Source: Octopus vulgaris
Taxonomy: Eukaryota
Assembly: GCA_951406725.2 (NCBI GenBank)
Contig: OX597816.1
Coordinates: 179,242,001-179,306,000 of the forward strand
Length of the DNA: 64,000 bases
Direction of reading: 5' to 3'
This document shows, in pieces, positions 39,405-52,865 of this stretch. The position numbers and the translations under genes are program-made. Below the pieces are notes generated by a model, which worked only from the letters and a program-made list of their open reading frames with translations, made no database searches and was not told the origin of the DNA. Every line of letters starts with the position of its first letter. Position 1 is the first letter of the stretch.

Positions 39405-41329
39405 AGCTATTGTCTATTAAGTAATCATTTGGTTATGTTGGATGCCTGCCCACAATACAGAGAGAGAGAAAAAGTCTGTAATTAAGGTACTGAGCCACTG
39501 ACCAGTTAGTCCGCATTACAGTAGTTTCCTTCCTCATATTCTTATCCAGTACACTATTTAAATACTTTTGACAAGTTTCTCACCTCTAAATTAAGCTCTT
39601 ACCCGACCATCACTGTATAGAACAGTATAGAACTGTTGGAAGATATTAAAGATTCTGAAGGATATTCCCTCTCTCTCTTTCGGAGAGGCACTGAACAGCT
39701 ATACGCACACATACACACACGGCAGTAACTTCCACCTACCGAATTCAATCACAAAGCTCCGGTTGGCTTGGGGCTATAGTGGAAGACACCTACCCAAAGT
39801 GCCACGCAGTGGGACTGAACCCGAAACCATGTAGTTAGGAAGCAAGCTCCCTAACCACATATAGTATAAAAAGTACTCAAAAAGATATCAAGAAAAAGAA
39901 AAAACTACTTTGTGAGAAAAATGACGAAAAAAAAAAAGGGGGAAAACCATCCACATTATTCTGCTGCACAAGAAACCCTCCATTCTGTATTTTTTGTTAC
40001 TTGAAGTCAATTTACTGATTAGTGCTCTGCCAATTCTATCCTGAATACTTGTGGTATTTTCCCCTTTGATCCAAGACATGGTAGACATGTCCCTTTACAT
40101 TTCATACACATGAAAGCCAACATTTCTCAACCCTTCTACAATATGTACAGGACATCACCATTGGTTATTATAATACCAACAAAATCATTGTTAGATGTGC
40201 AAAAGTTATTTCATGCAATGCAGAGGCTAAAAGCTACTTCACCTCTCAAAAACTAATCAGTCTGGTTACCAGTCTGCCAGATGACCATTTTGATTTCATC
40301 TAGGAGAGAAACATGAATGTAGAATTTTAAAGAAAAAAAAAAGAAATCTTCTCGATGAAAATTTCTATATTTGCTTAAACCAACCCCAGAGGTGGAGTTA
40401 GTGATGATTGTATTAGCTGTAATTAGGTGGGAATAAACAATGTTTAATGAACTGTGAACTCAGTATAAGGCAATGTTTCCTACGTGTCTGGCATGGTGAT
40501 CTCTATAACAATTAGTGTTGATTTTTCATTAACCCATTAGCATTGAAACTGACTGTATCTGGCCCAAAATATTGTACCTGTTTTATGTATATATCTCTTT
40601 TAGGGAAGAGGGTATCTAGAGGGTGCAAAGGAAATATTAGCTTAACAAATGCAATGAATATATGCAATTTACATCTCACAAAAAGCAGAATCTGAATATC
40701 TTGTAAGCAATAAGAGAAATTATTAAATAACTATGAGGTGTATATAGAAGTTGAAAAATAGTATAGAACTGTTGGAAGATATTAAGCATTCTGAAGGATC
40801 TATAGTATAAAAAGAACTCAAAAAGATATCAAGAAAAAGAAAAAAAAACTACTTTGTGAGAAAGGAAAATATATGTTTGAAACTTTTAGGAAAGTTGATG
40901 AATTCATAGATGTGGATTAAAAAATCAGACCTTAAAGCTTTTGATAATAACCTGGCTGAAACTAGTCCTAATTCTATTATACAAAGCTTTTCATTTTAAA
41001 TTCTTTATAATTGAATTAAAACATTTCATCATAATTTTATGTAAGAAATTTTTATTAAGATATGTATCAAATGTGATTAGTTTAATATTGAAAAAATTTG
41101 CTTATTTTACTAAATCCTTTTACACTGAGTATTTTTATAATTGATTGAAAAACTGACTTCATGAAAAATTTAGTCATGACCCTGAAACTGAAGTACTGAA
41201 CTTTGTAAACAAGAACAGTTCTTTGGAAACAAACTTCTATATTAGTGAAACAACTGAATGTGAAATGATTATCAAGAAAGTGTACAAGTAATAAGTGAAT
41301 GTAGTAAATGAATTCAGAAGGGATATATA

Positions 41330-41660
41330 AGACATGATAACGTGGCCTGGACTACCTATAAAAAATTATATGCAAAGTATAAATGAAAAAGAACAGAGAA
41401 AAAGTCATGACTAAGGACATCAAAATCCTTTGGGATTTCATCAGCTAATGTGGTCATAGGATAAGAAGAGCAGAAGACCTGATATGGTTGCAGTGAATAA
41501 AACTGCTGACAAGATATAAACTAATTATCCAGGGTGTACAAGAATTGAGATCAAGGGACAAGAATCAGGAGAGAAGTACAAGAAACTCAAGTGAAAGATT
41601 ACAAATATATAGTCACAAAGTAACAATAAGTAACAATAGTGATAGGGTCTTGAGATATGG
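41330..41660 (+). mobile_element. Highly decayed non-LTR retrotransposon restriction-like endonuclease region (R4/NeSL-type)
   Basis: Fragments KILWDF, RRPDMVAVNK, EKYKKL and IVIG in the expected order across frameshifts. Confidence 0.5.
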
Positions 41661-42313
41661 TATCTAATATACTCTTTTACTTGTTTCAGTCATTTGACTG
41701 TGGCCATGCTGGAGCACCGCCTTTAGTCAAGCAAATCGACCCCAGGACTTATTCTTTTGTAAGCCCAGTACTTATTCTATCGGTCTCTTTTGCTGAACCG
41801 CTAAGTGACGGGGACGTAAACACACCAGCATCGGTTGTCAAGCAATGCTAGGAGGACAAACACAGACACACAAACATATACACACATACATATATATATA
41901 CATATATACGACAGGCTTCTTTCACAAGGCTTTGGTCGGCCCGGGGCTATAGCAGAAGACACTTGCCCAAGGTTCCACGCAGTGAGACTGAACCCGGAAC
42001 CATGTGGTTGGTTAGCAAGCTACTTTATTTCATTTAATTTGCCACAAGGGCAGTACACAGATAGTAGCTACGGGCTGGACATAGACATTAATGAATGATG
42101 GTGATGGAATGAAGATGGTGATGGGAGAAGACGAAAGCGCCCGCCGACCCCCGCTTCTCTAAAACAATGTTCTTTTTTCAATAATTTTACAAAATTTTCA
42201 AAATTTCACAAAAATACAAAAATTTCACAAAAATTCCAAATTTTACAAATCACAATTTCAAAAGTTTTTCCAGAGGCAAAAAACCTCCATCACAATATAA
42301 CACAAATACAGGT

Positions 42314-43513
42314 TCACGTTACCCGACCGATGAACGCTCTTGCTTTATTGACGCAATCGTTCGCCGTCAGGCCCCTGCATACAGGTAAAATTTGATAGGA
42401 GTCCTCCGGGAAAGATTTCACGAACCTGCACCGATCGTCATGGAGTAGGACCTCCGCAGCCAGCTGCGAAGGCCACTCGGGATACTCCATGCAGGACCGG
42501 AGTCCCTCCCATTGGTTTCTCTTCCTCATTTTACCTATTTCATCTTCTATTGTTCCTCCTTTGTAGAAGAGGACTACATAATATTTCTCCGGCCACACAA
42601 TCACAAACGGCAGAGGAGACATTGGAGACGCCGTCTGCGTGTTACAATCCGCTGGCGGTGTTCCATTTCTCTTCTTTCTTTTTTTCTTTTTACCGTGGGC
42701 CACGGGAGGTTGAGGTTCCGGTGTTGCACACGCCGGATCCACTCTGTCTCCCGTAGCTTCCTGGTCTTTTAGTGGGTCACCATTGTTCCCCACTTTTCGT
42801 TTTCTCGTTGAGGAAGTCTCCGCTTCCTCGTTCTGTTTCTCTCCCTCTATTGGTGGGGCAGGGAGAGGCTCCGATATCAACTTCTCCAGGATCCTACTTT
42901 GGTCCCTGGGGCATTTCTTCTTAATGTGGCCGGTCTCCGAACACAGGTGACACTTGGGGGCGCGTCCCTCTAGCATCACCGGATACTTGGACCCGGCCAT
43001 CTTCAGGAAGTCCGGCAAAACCAGACTCTTGGCCAACTGGGTCCACAGAGTCAAAGTAGCCTTTCCTCCTTCCCAGTTAGCCACAGGCTGCATTTTCACA
43101 TTCAGGATCTTGGCGCTACCACCGCTTAGACCCCGGCGGATGGAATCTTCCACCCACTCGGGCTCAAAGCCGGGCGGCAGGCCACAGACCCATAAACGTA
43201 ACAATTTTTCCCCCTTGTAACTGGGGAGAAACAGAATCTCATCGCCCTCAATGGGCTGGCTTGCAAATTTGCAAGCTGCTTCAGCGGAGTCAAATAGCAA
43301 CCATACCGTTGCGTATTTGACTCCCCGTTGAATATGTTTAACGGCTGGCATATAGTCTGCCAGCTCGTTCACAATGGTGTCTCTCGGAAAAACCATTATG
43401 GTGTCGAGTGACTTTGAATATGTCCTCAACACCACGGTCTTTTCCTCGAGTTCGTGCAAATATTTTTTGGGAGGTGTTAATTCCCACACAGTGAAATTCT
43501 TTGCCTTTGCCAT
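42314..43513 (-). CDS. Gag-like ORF1 protein with CCHC zinc knuckle (L1/Tx1-type), 399 aa
   Basis: Uninterrupted ORF; CHLCSETGHIKKKC = CX2CX4HX4C, preceded by an RRM-like segment (LWVCGLPP) and followed by a basic, NLS-like disordered region (KKKKRKKR). Confidence 0.8.
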   Translation of the reverse strand: MAKAKNFTVWELTPPKKYLHELEEKTVVLRTYSKSLDTIMVFPRDTIVNELADYMPAVKHIQRGVKYATVWLLFDSAEAACKFASQPIEGDEILFLPSYKGEKLLRLWVCGLPPGFEPEWVEDSIRRGLSGGSAKILNVKMQPVANWEGGKATLTLWTQLAKSLVLPDFLKMAGSKYPVMLEGRAPKCHLCSETGHIKKKCPRDQSRILEKLISEPLPAPPIEGEKQNEEAETSSTRKRKVGNNGDPLKDQEATGDRVDPACATPEPQPPVAHGKKKKRKKRNGTPPADCNTQTASPMSPLPFVIVWPEKYYVVLFYKGGTIEDEIGKMRKRNQWEGLRSCMEYPEWPSQLAAEVLLHDDRCRFVKSFPEDSYQILPVCRGLTANDCVNKARAFIGRVT

Positions 43514-43841
43514 AACGTAAAATACAACAGTTCAAAATGATAAACTAAAATTAGCCACAGAAAGGAGAATGAAAAAATGCAACAGAAGGGAAGAAATAAA
43601 ATTAAAAATGGCAGTTCAAAAAAGTTTTTACAAATAAATAATAGACAGAGAAAGAGAGTTCAATTCAGACAAAGGAATTCAGTTCTTTTTTTTTTTTTTT
43701 TTCCACTTCTTCGGCCAAAAATTGTAATCCAGGCCAAATGCACTGTTGGTAAAACCCTTGGTAAATAATCCTTGGTAATCCGTGGACAACACAACGACAA
43801 TTTCAACAATAATTTTTTCAGACGGACTATGCCGCTTCAAA

Positions 43842-44433
43842 AATACAATTTCTTTTCACTCGACACAGGCAGAAAAATTATATCTGGAGCAAAGTGGAGC
43901 CTTATTATTTGCTAAAAAATATTAAATGCTAAAAAACATTCATGCAAGTAATAAAACTTCACTAAACTCGCAAAAACATAAAACGCCTACCCGTAGTCGA
44001 TTCGAACGTTCAACAATTCACGTTGAAATAACGCGACATCAATACAATTTTCTTTCCACTCGACACAGGCAGAAAAATTATATCCGGAGCAAAGTGGAGC
44101 CTTATTATCTGCTAAAAATATTAAATGCTAAAAAAACATTCATGCAAGTAATAAAACTTCACTAAACTCGCAAAAACACAAAACGCCTACCCGTAGTCGA
44201 TTCGAACGTTCAACAATTCACGTTGAAACAACGCGACATCAATACAATTTTCTTTCCACTCGACACAGGCAGAAAAATTATATCCGGAGCAAAGTGGAGC
44301 CTTATTACTTGCTAAAAAATATTTAATGCTAAAAAACATTCATGCAAGTAATAAAACTTCACTTCGCTCACAAAAATACAAAATTCCTACCTTTAGTCGA
44401 GTCGAAAGTTCAACAATTCACGTTGAAACAACG
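43842..44433 (-). repeat. Three tandem ~200-bp monomers in the 5' UTR of the ORF1-only element
   Basis: cgacacaggcagaaaaatta starts at 43861, 44061 and 44261 (period exactly 200). Confidence 0.95.
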
Positions 44434-47400
44434 TTCATCTGGAGCAGCAAAAAAACACGTCCGAACAGTTCAGAGGTTAGCGAGCTACTTACCACACAGC
44501 CACTCCTGCGCCTATATATATAGTTGATCAAAGTTAGTCTGAAAGAGGTGAGGACAAATGACTGGTTGTGTCAGTGCTGGTGACATGTAAAGGGCACCTG
44601 GTATACTCTGTGGAGTGGTTGGCATTAGGAAGGGCATCCAACCATAGAAACCAAGCTACAACAGATGGGAGCCTGCTGCAACTCTCTGGCTTACCAGTCC
44701 CTGTCAAACCATCCAACCCATGCCAGCATGGAAAACGGATGCTGAATAATGATGATGATGATGATGATGAAAGTAAGGAGATCAATTTTTGATATCTAGT
44801 TAGACAAAACAGATAATCTTTAACAGACCAGACAAATGGTTAACTGAAATAGAAAGATATGCAAGTATTGATTAAATAAATGTTTAAAATATGGAGACAT
44901 GCAATACCAGAAGTAATACAATCTGTAGATATGGCTACTAATAGAATGAAGTAAGAAGTTAACTGAAATGGGAATCAAAATTTGAACAAACTGCTTCTAA
45001 ATATTACTTTACCAGGAATATCTGGAGAATTAAGTACAGTGTTAGAAATCTGCATTAAATACCAAATAAAGTAAGTATAAAAGGATTTTGTTACCAGAAA
45101 TTATGAGGCATGAATTTTAGAATAAGATTATTGAAATTGGAAAAGAGAAATAAATATGTGACTGTGTGGTAAGAAGCTTGCTTCCCAACCACATGGTTCC
45201 AGGGTCAGTCCCTCTACATGGCACCTTGGGCAGCTGTTTTCTACTATAGCCTTGGGCTGACCAAAGCCTTGTGAGATTTGGTAGATGGAAACTAAAAGAA
45301 GCCCATCATATAGTTGTGTGTTTGTGTCTGAGTCTGTCCTCCCCCATCACTGCTTGACAACCAGTGTTGGTGTGTTAACATTCCCTGTAACCTAGTGGTT
45401 CGGCAAAAGAGACTGATAGTATAAGTACAAGGCTTAAAAAAAAAAAAAAGTCCTGTGGTCGATTTGTTCAAGGCAGTGTTCCAGCATGGCTGCAGTCAAA
45501 TGACTGAAATAAGTAAAAGAATAATGGTTTTCTTATTTTGGTAAAGGGAAAGATGTAGGCATCTGAAATAATTCTGGTAGTTAACTGTTGTATATTTTGC
45601 TGCATGCAGGCAATGGATTTGAAGAAAGCATCACATACATGCCACTTAGACACTTCATTCCAGATATGTCCCAGTTTGGGGAATAGAAATTAAGAAAATG
45701 CCATCCAATAGGATATGAAAACCTGTTTTCCTTCAACTGCATTCTAACAAAATCCCTGCACACAAAAGAAACACAGTTAAACCTTGTTAGAGTTGCTACA
45801 AATGCTAGATCTCACAATGGTGACCATGTCTCTAACATAGCTAGGATTGCATTCCAAAAACCACACTTCTTTTATCAGAGCCAAACTTGAGCTTCTATGA
45901 GACCACTTGACATGCTAGAAATAGCAGCCAAATCTTAAATCACAGCCTATCATCTTAAAAAAATATACAAAAAGATGTGATGGTAATCGCTACAATGCCT
46001 TTGGTCATAGTTGTGCTTTGTTTAGACTAACATCAAAGTCACAACTTCAGCTCTGAATAGTTGCTGAGTCTCTACAATGTCATAAGCAAAACCCATATTA
46101 GAATACTGCTTAGATGTCTGGGATGGTGCTGTTGATACACAAATATTACAGATCATCACCACTAAAAAGTCATTTGGTTGATTGGTAAGCATTACACTAC
46201 CACCACAGACATGCTGTCTCTTCCATATCTGCTACATTGACTGCTGCTTTCATGAACTCGTTAACAGTGCACTATATCAAAGTTCACCTAACGTACTTGG
46301 CTCTCTTCAACGTGTTCTTTCTACAACATCTGTTTTACCTCATAAATCCAGTGCTTCAGTCTTATCTTTCTTAATTCCTGTCTGAAGTGCAGTACATAGC
46401 AATTATCTTTGTCTTGTATCATTGTTATTCTGAAACTCCTGTATAGGGCCTTCTTCCCACTGCAGGTATCTGGAATACTGTCCAAGTCTACGTTTACCTG
46501 ACAGAAATCAACCCAGAAACAAGTAGGTGAACACCACTTCAATCTGCAAGGACTTCCAAATGTCTTGGACACATCTCCCTTTCATGGTTCTTGATAGCAT
46601 CTCTGAATGAAAACAAGGTGTAAACCATCCATTCATACCAGCTTGGGAAATTTGACTTTTGTGAAATTTGGCATAACATATTTTTATATATTTGATTTGC
46701 GAGATTCTTGATATGAAATCATGTGTTGAAACATTGTTATACTTGGGGATGGTCATCTTTTGCCAACTAAACACACTCTATGTTTGATCTTTACTTTATT
46801 ATTATTATTATTGTTTCTTTGTCAAAGCTCTTTTGTTGCACACCGTGTGACCTCTTCAGTGATTGTTTGTTGTATGTGTCCACAATTGACAAAGCAAAAC
46901 AAGAGGAGACATGTGGGACAAAGAGTCACTGAAAAGCTTTGACAAAGAAACTAAAATGATAATAATAGAGCTGAGGTAAAGACCAAACATGGAAGGTATG
47001 TTTAACTGGCAAAATATGACCACCCCCAAGTATAACAATTTTTGCATATACATGAGAAGCAAGGATCTTTCAGCCTGATCTGCTGTGCCATCCACTTTAC
47101 CTGAGTCACCCTCTTTCACTTTAACGATGACTAGATGAAGACCTAAAATGCATTTCTGTCTTTTCTACAGTTATTTACCCACCCAGAACTTCAACTCTCT
47201 AGAATTCCTTCTTGGTTTATTCTTCTAATAAATATATTTTAACATCCAGTTTAATGTTCAACTTATTGAAATACTTCTTCATAAAAACTGCATAAAAACA
47301 TAATTGAAAAACAACAAAACATGATTATTATTTCCATATATTTATTATGTTTGTAATAAAAGAAAGCAAAACAAGGAAAACTACAAAATAGATAATTTAA

Positions 47401-47673
47401 TGTTCAGGGAAAAACATGAAAATTGGTAACTCTATTATTAAGTTTAACAAAAACAATGATACAATACAGTGATATAATGTTTCAATGGATCCACAACAAG
47501 ATAAGCAAATGTTTGAATATGGGCAGCATCAGATGGATATATCATGGTGTCATCTTCATCCTGCAACATAGAAGAGAGATTTGACTGTAAAGTTAGCACA
47601 AAAGAAACAAAAATCTTAAAAGTATATATTTTTAAATGTGACTAATTTTCCCCAAAATTATACCTGATATTTG

Positions 47674-47890
47674 GTGGGGTGCTGAAAAGTTCCTGGCTAT
47701 AAGGGTATCGTGAAAGGCCTGGTTGGAAGCCCAACCTTTTGAATTCTTTTACAGGGCTTAGAAAAACTGAAAGACTGGTGCAATAAGTGTGTGAATCTGA
47801 GAGGAGACTGTGTTGAATAAGATCATAAGTAACTGATCTTCCTGTTTTTTCTTTTACCTGAAGCCAAGAACTTTACAATACCCCCTCATA
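47674..47890. mobile_element. Mariner-type MITE
   Basis: Imperfect TIRs ggggtgctgaaaagttcctggct / agccaagaactttacaatacccc. Confidence 0.55.
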
Positions 47891-47959
47891 GCTAAGTTAC
47901 ATTCTAAAATTCTAAAATTTTATCAACCACAGAAATATTGCAGCCATCTATTTCTCCAT

Positions 47960-48330
47960 CCGTCTTTTCTGCCTACCATTTCTAGGGTGGTTGTGGGAAC
48001 AGAGTCCTCAGGCACTTCTCCATAGGGTCTCGTCAGAAGCAACCATCACCAAGTTTTCCAACAGGATTCCCAAGCATGACCAACCATCTCATTCTTGGTT
48101 CGTCTTCAAGTCTCTTGCTGCAAGGCTTCGCTTGAAGAATTCATCTTGCAATTCTTTCCTGTGACAGTCTAATCCCATGTCTGTTGTACCAGAGCTGGGT
48201 CCTCTCGATGAGAAGTAGTGGCTCAATCTGGAGAGTCTTGCTGATCACTGAGCTATGCACCCTGTTGAGTAAATTCTCTAGGGAACCCTTCTTTGACTGC
48301 ATTCAAGGTTGTACCCTTTCAGTCTTTATT
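47960..48330 (-). mobile_element. Degenerate RTE-type LINE 3' fragment
   Basis: Minus strand reads approximately SSVISKTLQIEPLLL..IERTQLWY..IRLSQERIAR, resembling RTE C-termini. Confidence 0.45.
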
Positions 48331-50752
48331 CAACAGGAAAATTGAAATAAAATATATGAACATCTTGGTCTCTTGTCAGCTTGAAGAATAAGGGTTCCTC
48401 TTGCTTGGGTTCCAATTGTTTCCTCAATGAAACTAACTGCTCATTGTAAATAGCTGAGTGTTTGACCAACACTTGCAATCATTACATGATCTTAATACAG
48501 AATCACTGGTCAGCCAATCAAAGGGACTTTGATAGAGTTTATACTTACCCAGCTATCCTCACGAATGGGAATGTAAAACATTGCACAAGTAGTGAGATGA
48601 GAAAATGACTGGGTATTAAAAATATTTAATGCGGTCTGCAGGTGATGTGAATGAATTACATCTCATTAAGTGAAAAAAATGCTGTTTTATGACATCCCCC
48701 TTCTCTACCTCCTCCTCCTTTAATGTCCCTTTCCCATGCTGGCATGGGTTGGAAAGCCTGACCAAACCTGGCAAGCCAGAGAGCTGTGCCAGCTTCCAAT
48801 ATGATTTGGTTTGGTTTCTATGGCTGGATGCCCTTCCTAGTGCCAACCACTCCACAGTGTGTGCTGGGTGCTTTTTATGTGGTGCCAGCACAGACAGTAT
48901 CCATAGGGGAAGAAGTAGTGAGATGTGATCATATCTTAAGGTGTAAGGTTTACAGGTGAGACGATGTATTATTGAGGAGCTTGATGATGTTTAATCAATG
49001 CCAGTCAGGAAAAGCAAATATTAAAACAATGCCAAGCTGTAAAATGGTGAGAAGGTCATTTGACATCATATGAGTTGCTTTTTTTTTTAAGAAGAAAACC
49101 TCTGACCTTGGATGTTTTGAATATAGAAAGATATAATGAAATAAGCTACAAAAGTTGCTATTAATTTAGTGATGTGTGGGGAATGAGATTGTAGGATTGG
49201 GGGCATTTCTAGGTACATTTTTTTTCTTTTAAAATTGAGTCACTGAAACCCTATTAAGGCTTTTGATACACCTTAATCCTTTAGCATTCATATTTCTCTG
49301 TCAAATATGATGCTTATTTATTCATATTGATTTAAATTAATCATGCATTATCTTGTAGCTTTGAGATTTCAATGACATGCTTTTTAGAATATTGTATGGT
49401 AAGTCTGAGAGGTTGGATCTGGCCAGATTAAAGATAATACAGGTAGATTACTTTGGCTGGTTTAAATGCTAAAGGGTTAAAAATGTGTTTGTGTTTGATA
49501 TAGTTTCAGAGACATTAATCTCTTGGGTTCAAATTTTGTTGAGATAAATTTCTGTAATTATAATTATTATTTTCAAAATAATGATTTCTAACAGTCACAA
49601 TATGCAAAGCAAAGAAATAATAAAATTAATTGAATTGAGTCTGATACAAACTTGGTATGTAGTCTATGGAACACAGAAGAGCAAAAAGACAAACAAAACA
49701 AAGTCAATCTCAGCAATATTTGAAGCTTTAGTATAGCAGAAAATAATGAAAATACTGCAGTGATTGCCAACATGGGGCATATGCCCCACTGGTGGGGCCT
49801 GGGAAAATCGTGGTGGGGTGTGGTGCCATAGTCACCAGGCCCAAAGTCCTCATTAAAGTGACTCACTTTTTTTTCTCTTGTACTTTCTTTGTACTCAGTA
49901 TTCAATAAAAGAGTTACCAGTAGATTCCTTTGTTTTGAATAACAGTGATAAAATATTCTTTTCTACTCTAGGCACAAGGCTCAGATTTTTGGGGAGGAGG
50001 CCAGTCGATTAGATTGGCCCCAGTATACAACTGGTAATTTAATTTATCAACCCTGAAAGGATGAAAGTCAAAGTGGCGGAATTTGGACTCAGAATGTAAA
50101 GACAGATGAAATACCTATTTCTTTACTACCCACAAGGGGCTAAACATAGAGGGGACAAACAAGGACAAACGGATTAAGTCGGTTACATTGGCCCCAGTGC
50201 GTAACTGGTACTTATTTAATTGACCCCGAAAGGATGAAAGGCAAAGTCGACCTCGGTAGAATTTGAACTCAGAATGTAACAGCAGATGAAATACCGCTAA
50301 GCATTTCATCCGGCGTGCTAACGTTTCTGCCAGCTTGCTGCCTTAACAGCAATAAAATATTAAAAATAAAGTTGCCTTTTCCAAACCACTTGTGGGGTAT
50401 ATGAGCATAGATTTTTCTAGAAAGTTATAGTGGTGCCTAGGGGAAAATAGGTTGGGAAATACTGCTCTATTATTTCTACCATCCCATCAAACTAGCCAAT
50501 GACAGACCCCCTATTTGAATGTTTGCCTTGCTAAAAATAGCAGATAAATCTCCCTCATATTATTGCTTACTGTCTTAAAGAGACAAAAAAAAGAAAGACA
50601 CATTGGACAATGCAAACTACAGATAAGCATAAAGATAGGATGGCCAACCAGGACTGACCCGACATTAATAACAACAACAATAATAATTTCTGTCATCAGT
50701 TTCCTTTTTAAAATTATTTTTTAACAATACAAGTGAACCATTTGGATATGTG

Positions 50753-50811
<59 letters not shown>

Positions 50812-50916
50812 ATGTATATGTATGTGTGTGTATACACACACACATATATATAAATATATATATATATATAAATATGTATATATGTATATATATGTGTGTA
50901 TATATATATGTATGTA

Positions 50917-50957
<41 letters not shown>

Positions 50958-52808
50958 TCATCATCATCATTGTTTAACATCCGCTTTCCATGCTAGCATG
51001 GGTTGGACGATTTTGACTGAGGGCTGGTGAACCAGATGGCTGCACCAGACTCCGAATCTGATCTGGCAGAGCTTCTACAGCTGGATGCCCTTCCTAATGC
51101 CAACCACTCCAAGAGTGTAGTGGGTGCTTTTTATGTACCAGCAGCATGGGGGCCAGTCAGGCGGTACTGGCAACGACCTTGCTCGAATCCCTTTACACAT
51201 GCCACCGGCACAGGTGCCAGTGAAGCGACGTTGATAACTATCACGCTCGAATGGTGCCCTTTTACATGGCAACGATCTCGCTCGGATGGTGTTCTTGGCA
51301 CCCTACTAGCACAGGCATAAGTGCCAGTAAGGTGACGCTGGTAATGATCATACTCGAATAGCCGCTCTGTCAATGATCACATTCTTGTTATGCTCTTTGC
51401 ACCCCGTTAGCACGGATGCCAGTCATCGAATTGATTTTGATTTTGATTTTGAATAGCTACCAAAGTATAAGAATACTAAACTTGAAGTAAGTAAAAGTAA
51501 AAGTAAAAACAGAACCAATAATAATTGTTGTTTTCTTTGAAGAAGCATAAAGAAATACATATACAGAAGCTCACAGATTTTATATAGTCCAAAAGATATC
51601 ACTAGCAGGCCCAGCATAGATTCTTTCCAAGCAGTGGCCTTGTACAGGGTTTGGCACCCTGTGTGGTAGCCAAATTGGCCACCCATTTCCTTAAATGTAA
51701 CATACCTTCAACTCAGTAGCAAATGCACAATTACACAGCATGTTTTCAAAAGAATCACCTCTAAATGCCATAAAATTCCTCAGACAGCTCATATTCTAGC
51801 AATTACTCCCAACTAATGTAACAAAAGGTATACAATGAATCATCATCATCATCCTCATTATCATTTAGCATCCATTTTCCATGCTGGCATGGGTTAGATG
51901 GTTTGACTGGAACTGGTGAGCCAGAGAGCTGCACCAGGTTCCAGCCTGTTCTGGTTTGGTTTCTAAGGTTGGATGCCAACCATTCCATAGAGTGCACTGG
52001 TTGTCTTCTATGTGTCACTGGCACGGGTGCCTTTTGTGTGTCACCAGCACAGGTGCCCAATGAAACAAACAGGCATAATACATGAATTTAGGTGTACCAC
52101 ATAATCCCTCTTAATCTCCCTTCCAAAGAAAAGCACAACATTGGTGGAGTGATGCAAAAGATTACATGCTTATGCTGTGGGTAGATGTGAGGAAACATAA
52201 TAATAATTTCTGATTTAGACACCTCTCAGTACTTGACAAGTACTTTATTTTACTACTGCTGCTGCTGCTGCTACTGCTACCACTACCACTACTACTACTA
52301 CCACCACCACCACGATGATGATGATGACGATGATGATAATGATGATGAAAACTGATGACAACAACAAGATGAACTTTGGTACGAGGCCAGCAATTATAAG
52401 AGAAGGGTTTAGTTGATTAAATTGACCCTGGAAAAGATTATGAAGATGATAAAGAAGGAAAAGAATGAGAAATATTTCTCAATCTCAAAAACCTGTTAAT
52501 ATCAACATAATAGTGCACTGATCATGCTATTTTTCATATTTGTTTTAGATCTTTAAACATTTTTTTCTAATGGCATAAAACTGTGAGTAATTGAAGAGGG
52601 AATAAGATACTGCGATGTTTTGGCCTCTCTACAGTATTTTATTAGCAGTACAACCACATGCGTGGTTTATAGGCGGATATAGCTGTGTGGTTAAGAAATT
52701 TTCTTCTCAACCATGAGGTCTTGGGATTGGTCCCACAGTGTGGCACCATGGGCAAATACTTTCTACTATACACTCAGGCTAACCAAAGCTCTCTCTCTCA
52801 CGCATATA

Positions 52809-52865
<57 letters not shown>

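Larger units (their letters stand above)
42026..44474 (-). mobile_element. ORF1-only L1/Tx1-like non-LTR element (~2.45 kb) inserted in a family A SINE
   Basis: 16-bp TSD ggttagcaagctactt (42010-42025) / ggttagcgagctactt (44475-44490); SINE sequence resumes on both sides; single ORF; tandem 5' monomers. Confidence 0.85.

Noticed and set aside
43842-44433. Regularly spaced repeats as a CRISPR-like array
   Set aside because: Whole 200-bp units are repeated with no unique spacers; eukaryotic context, no cas genes.
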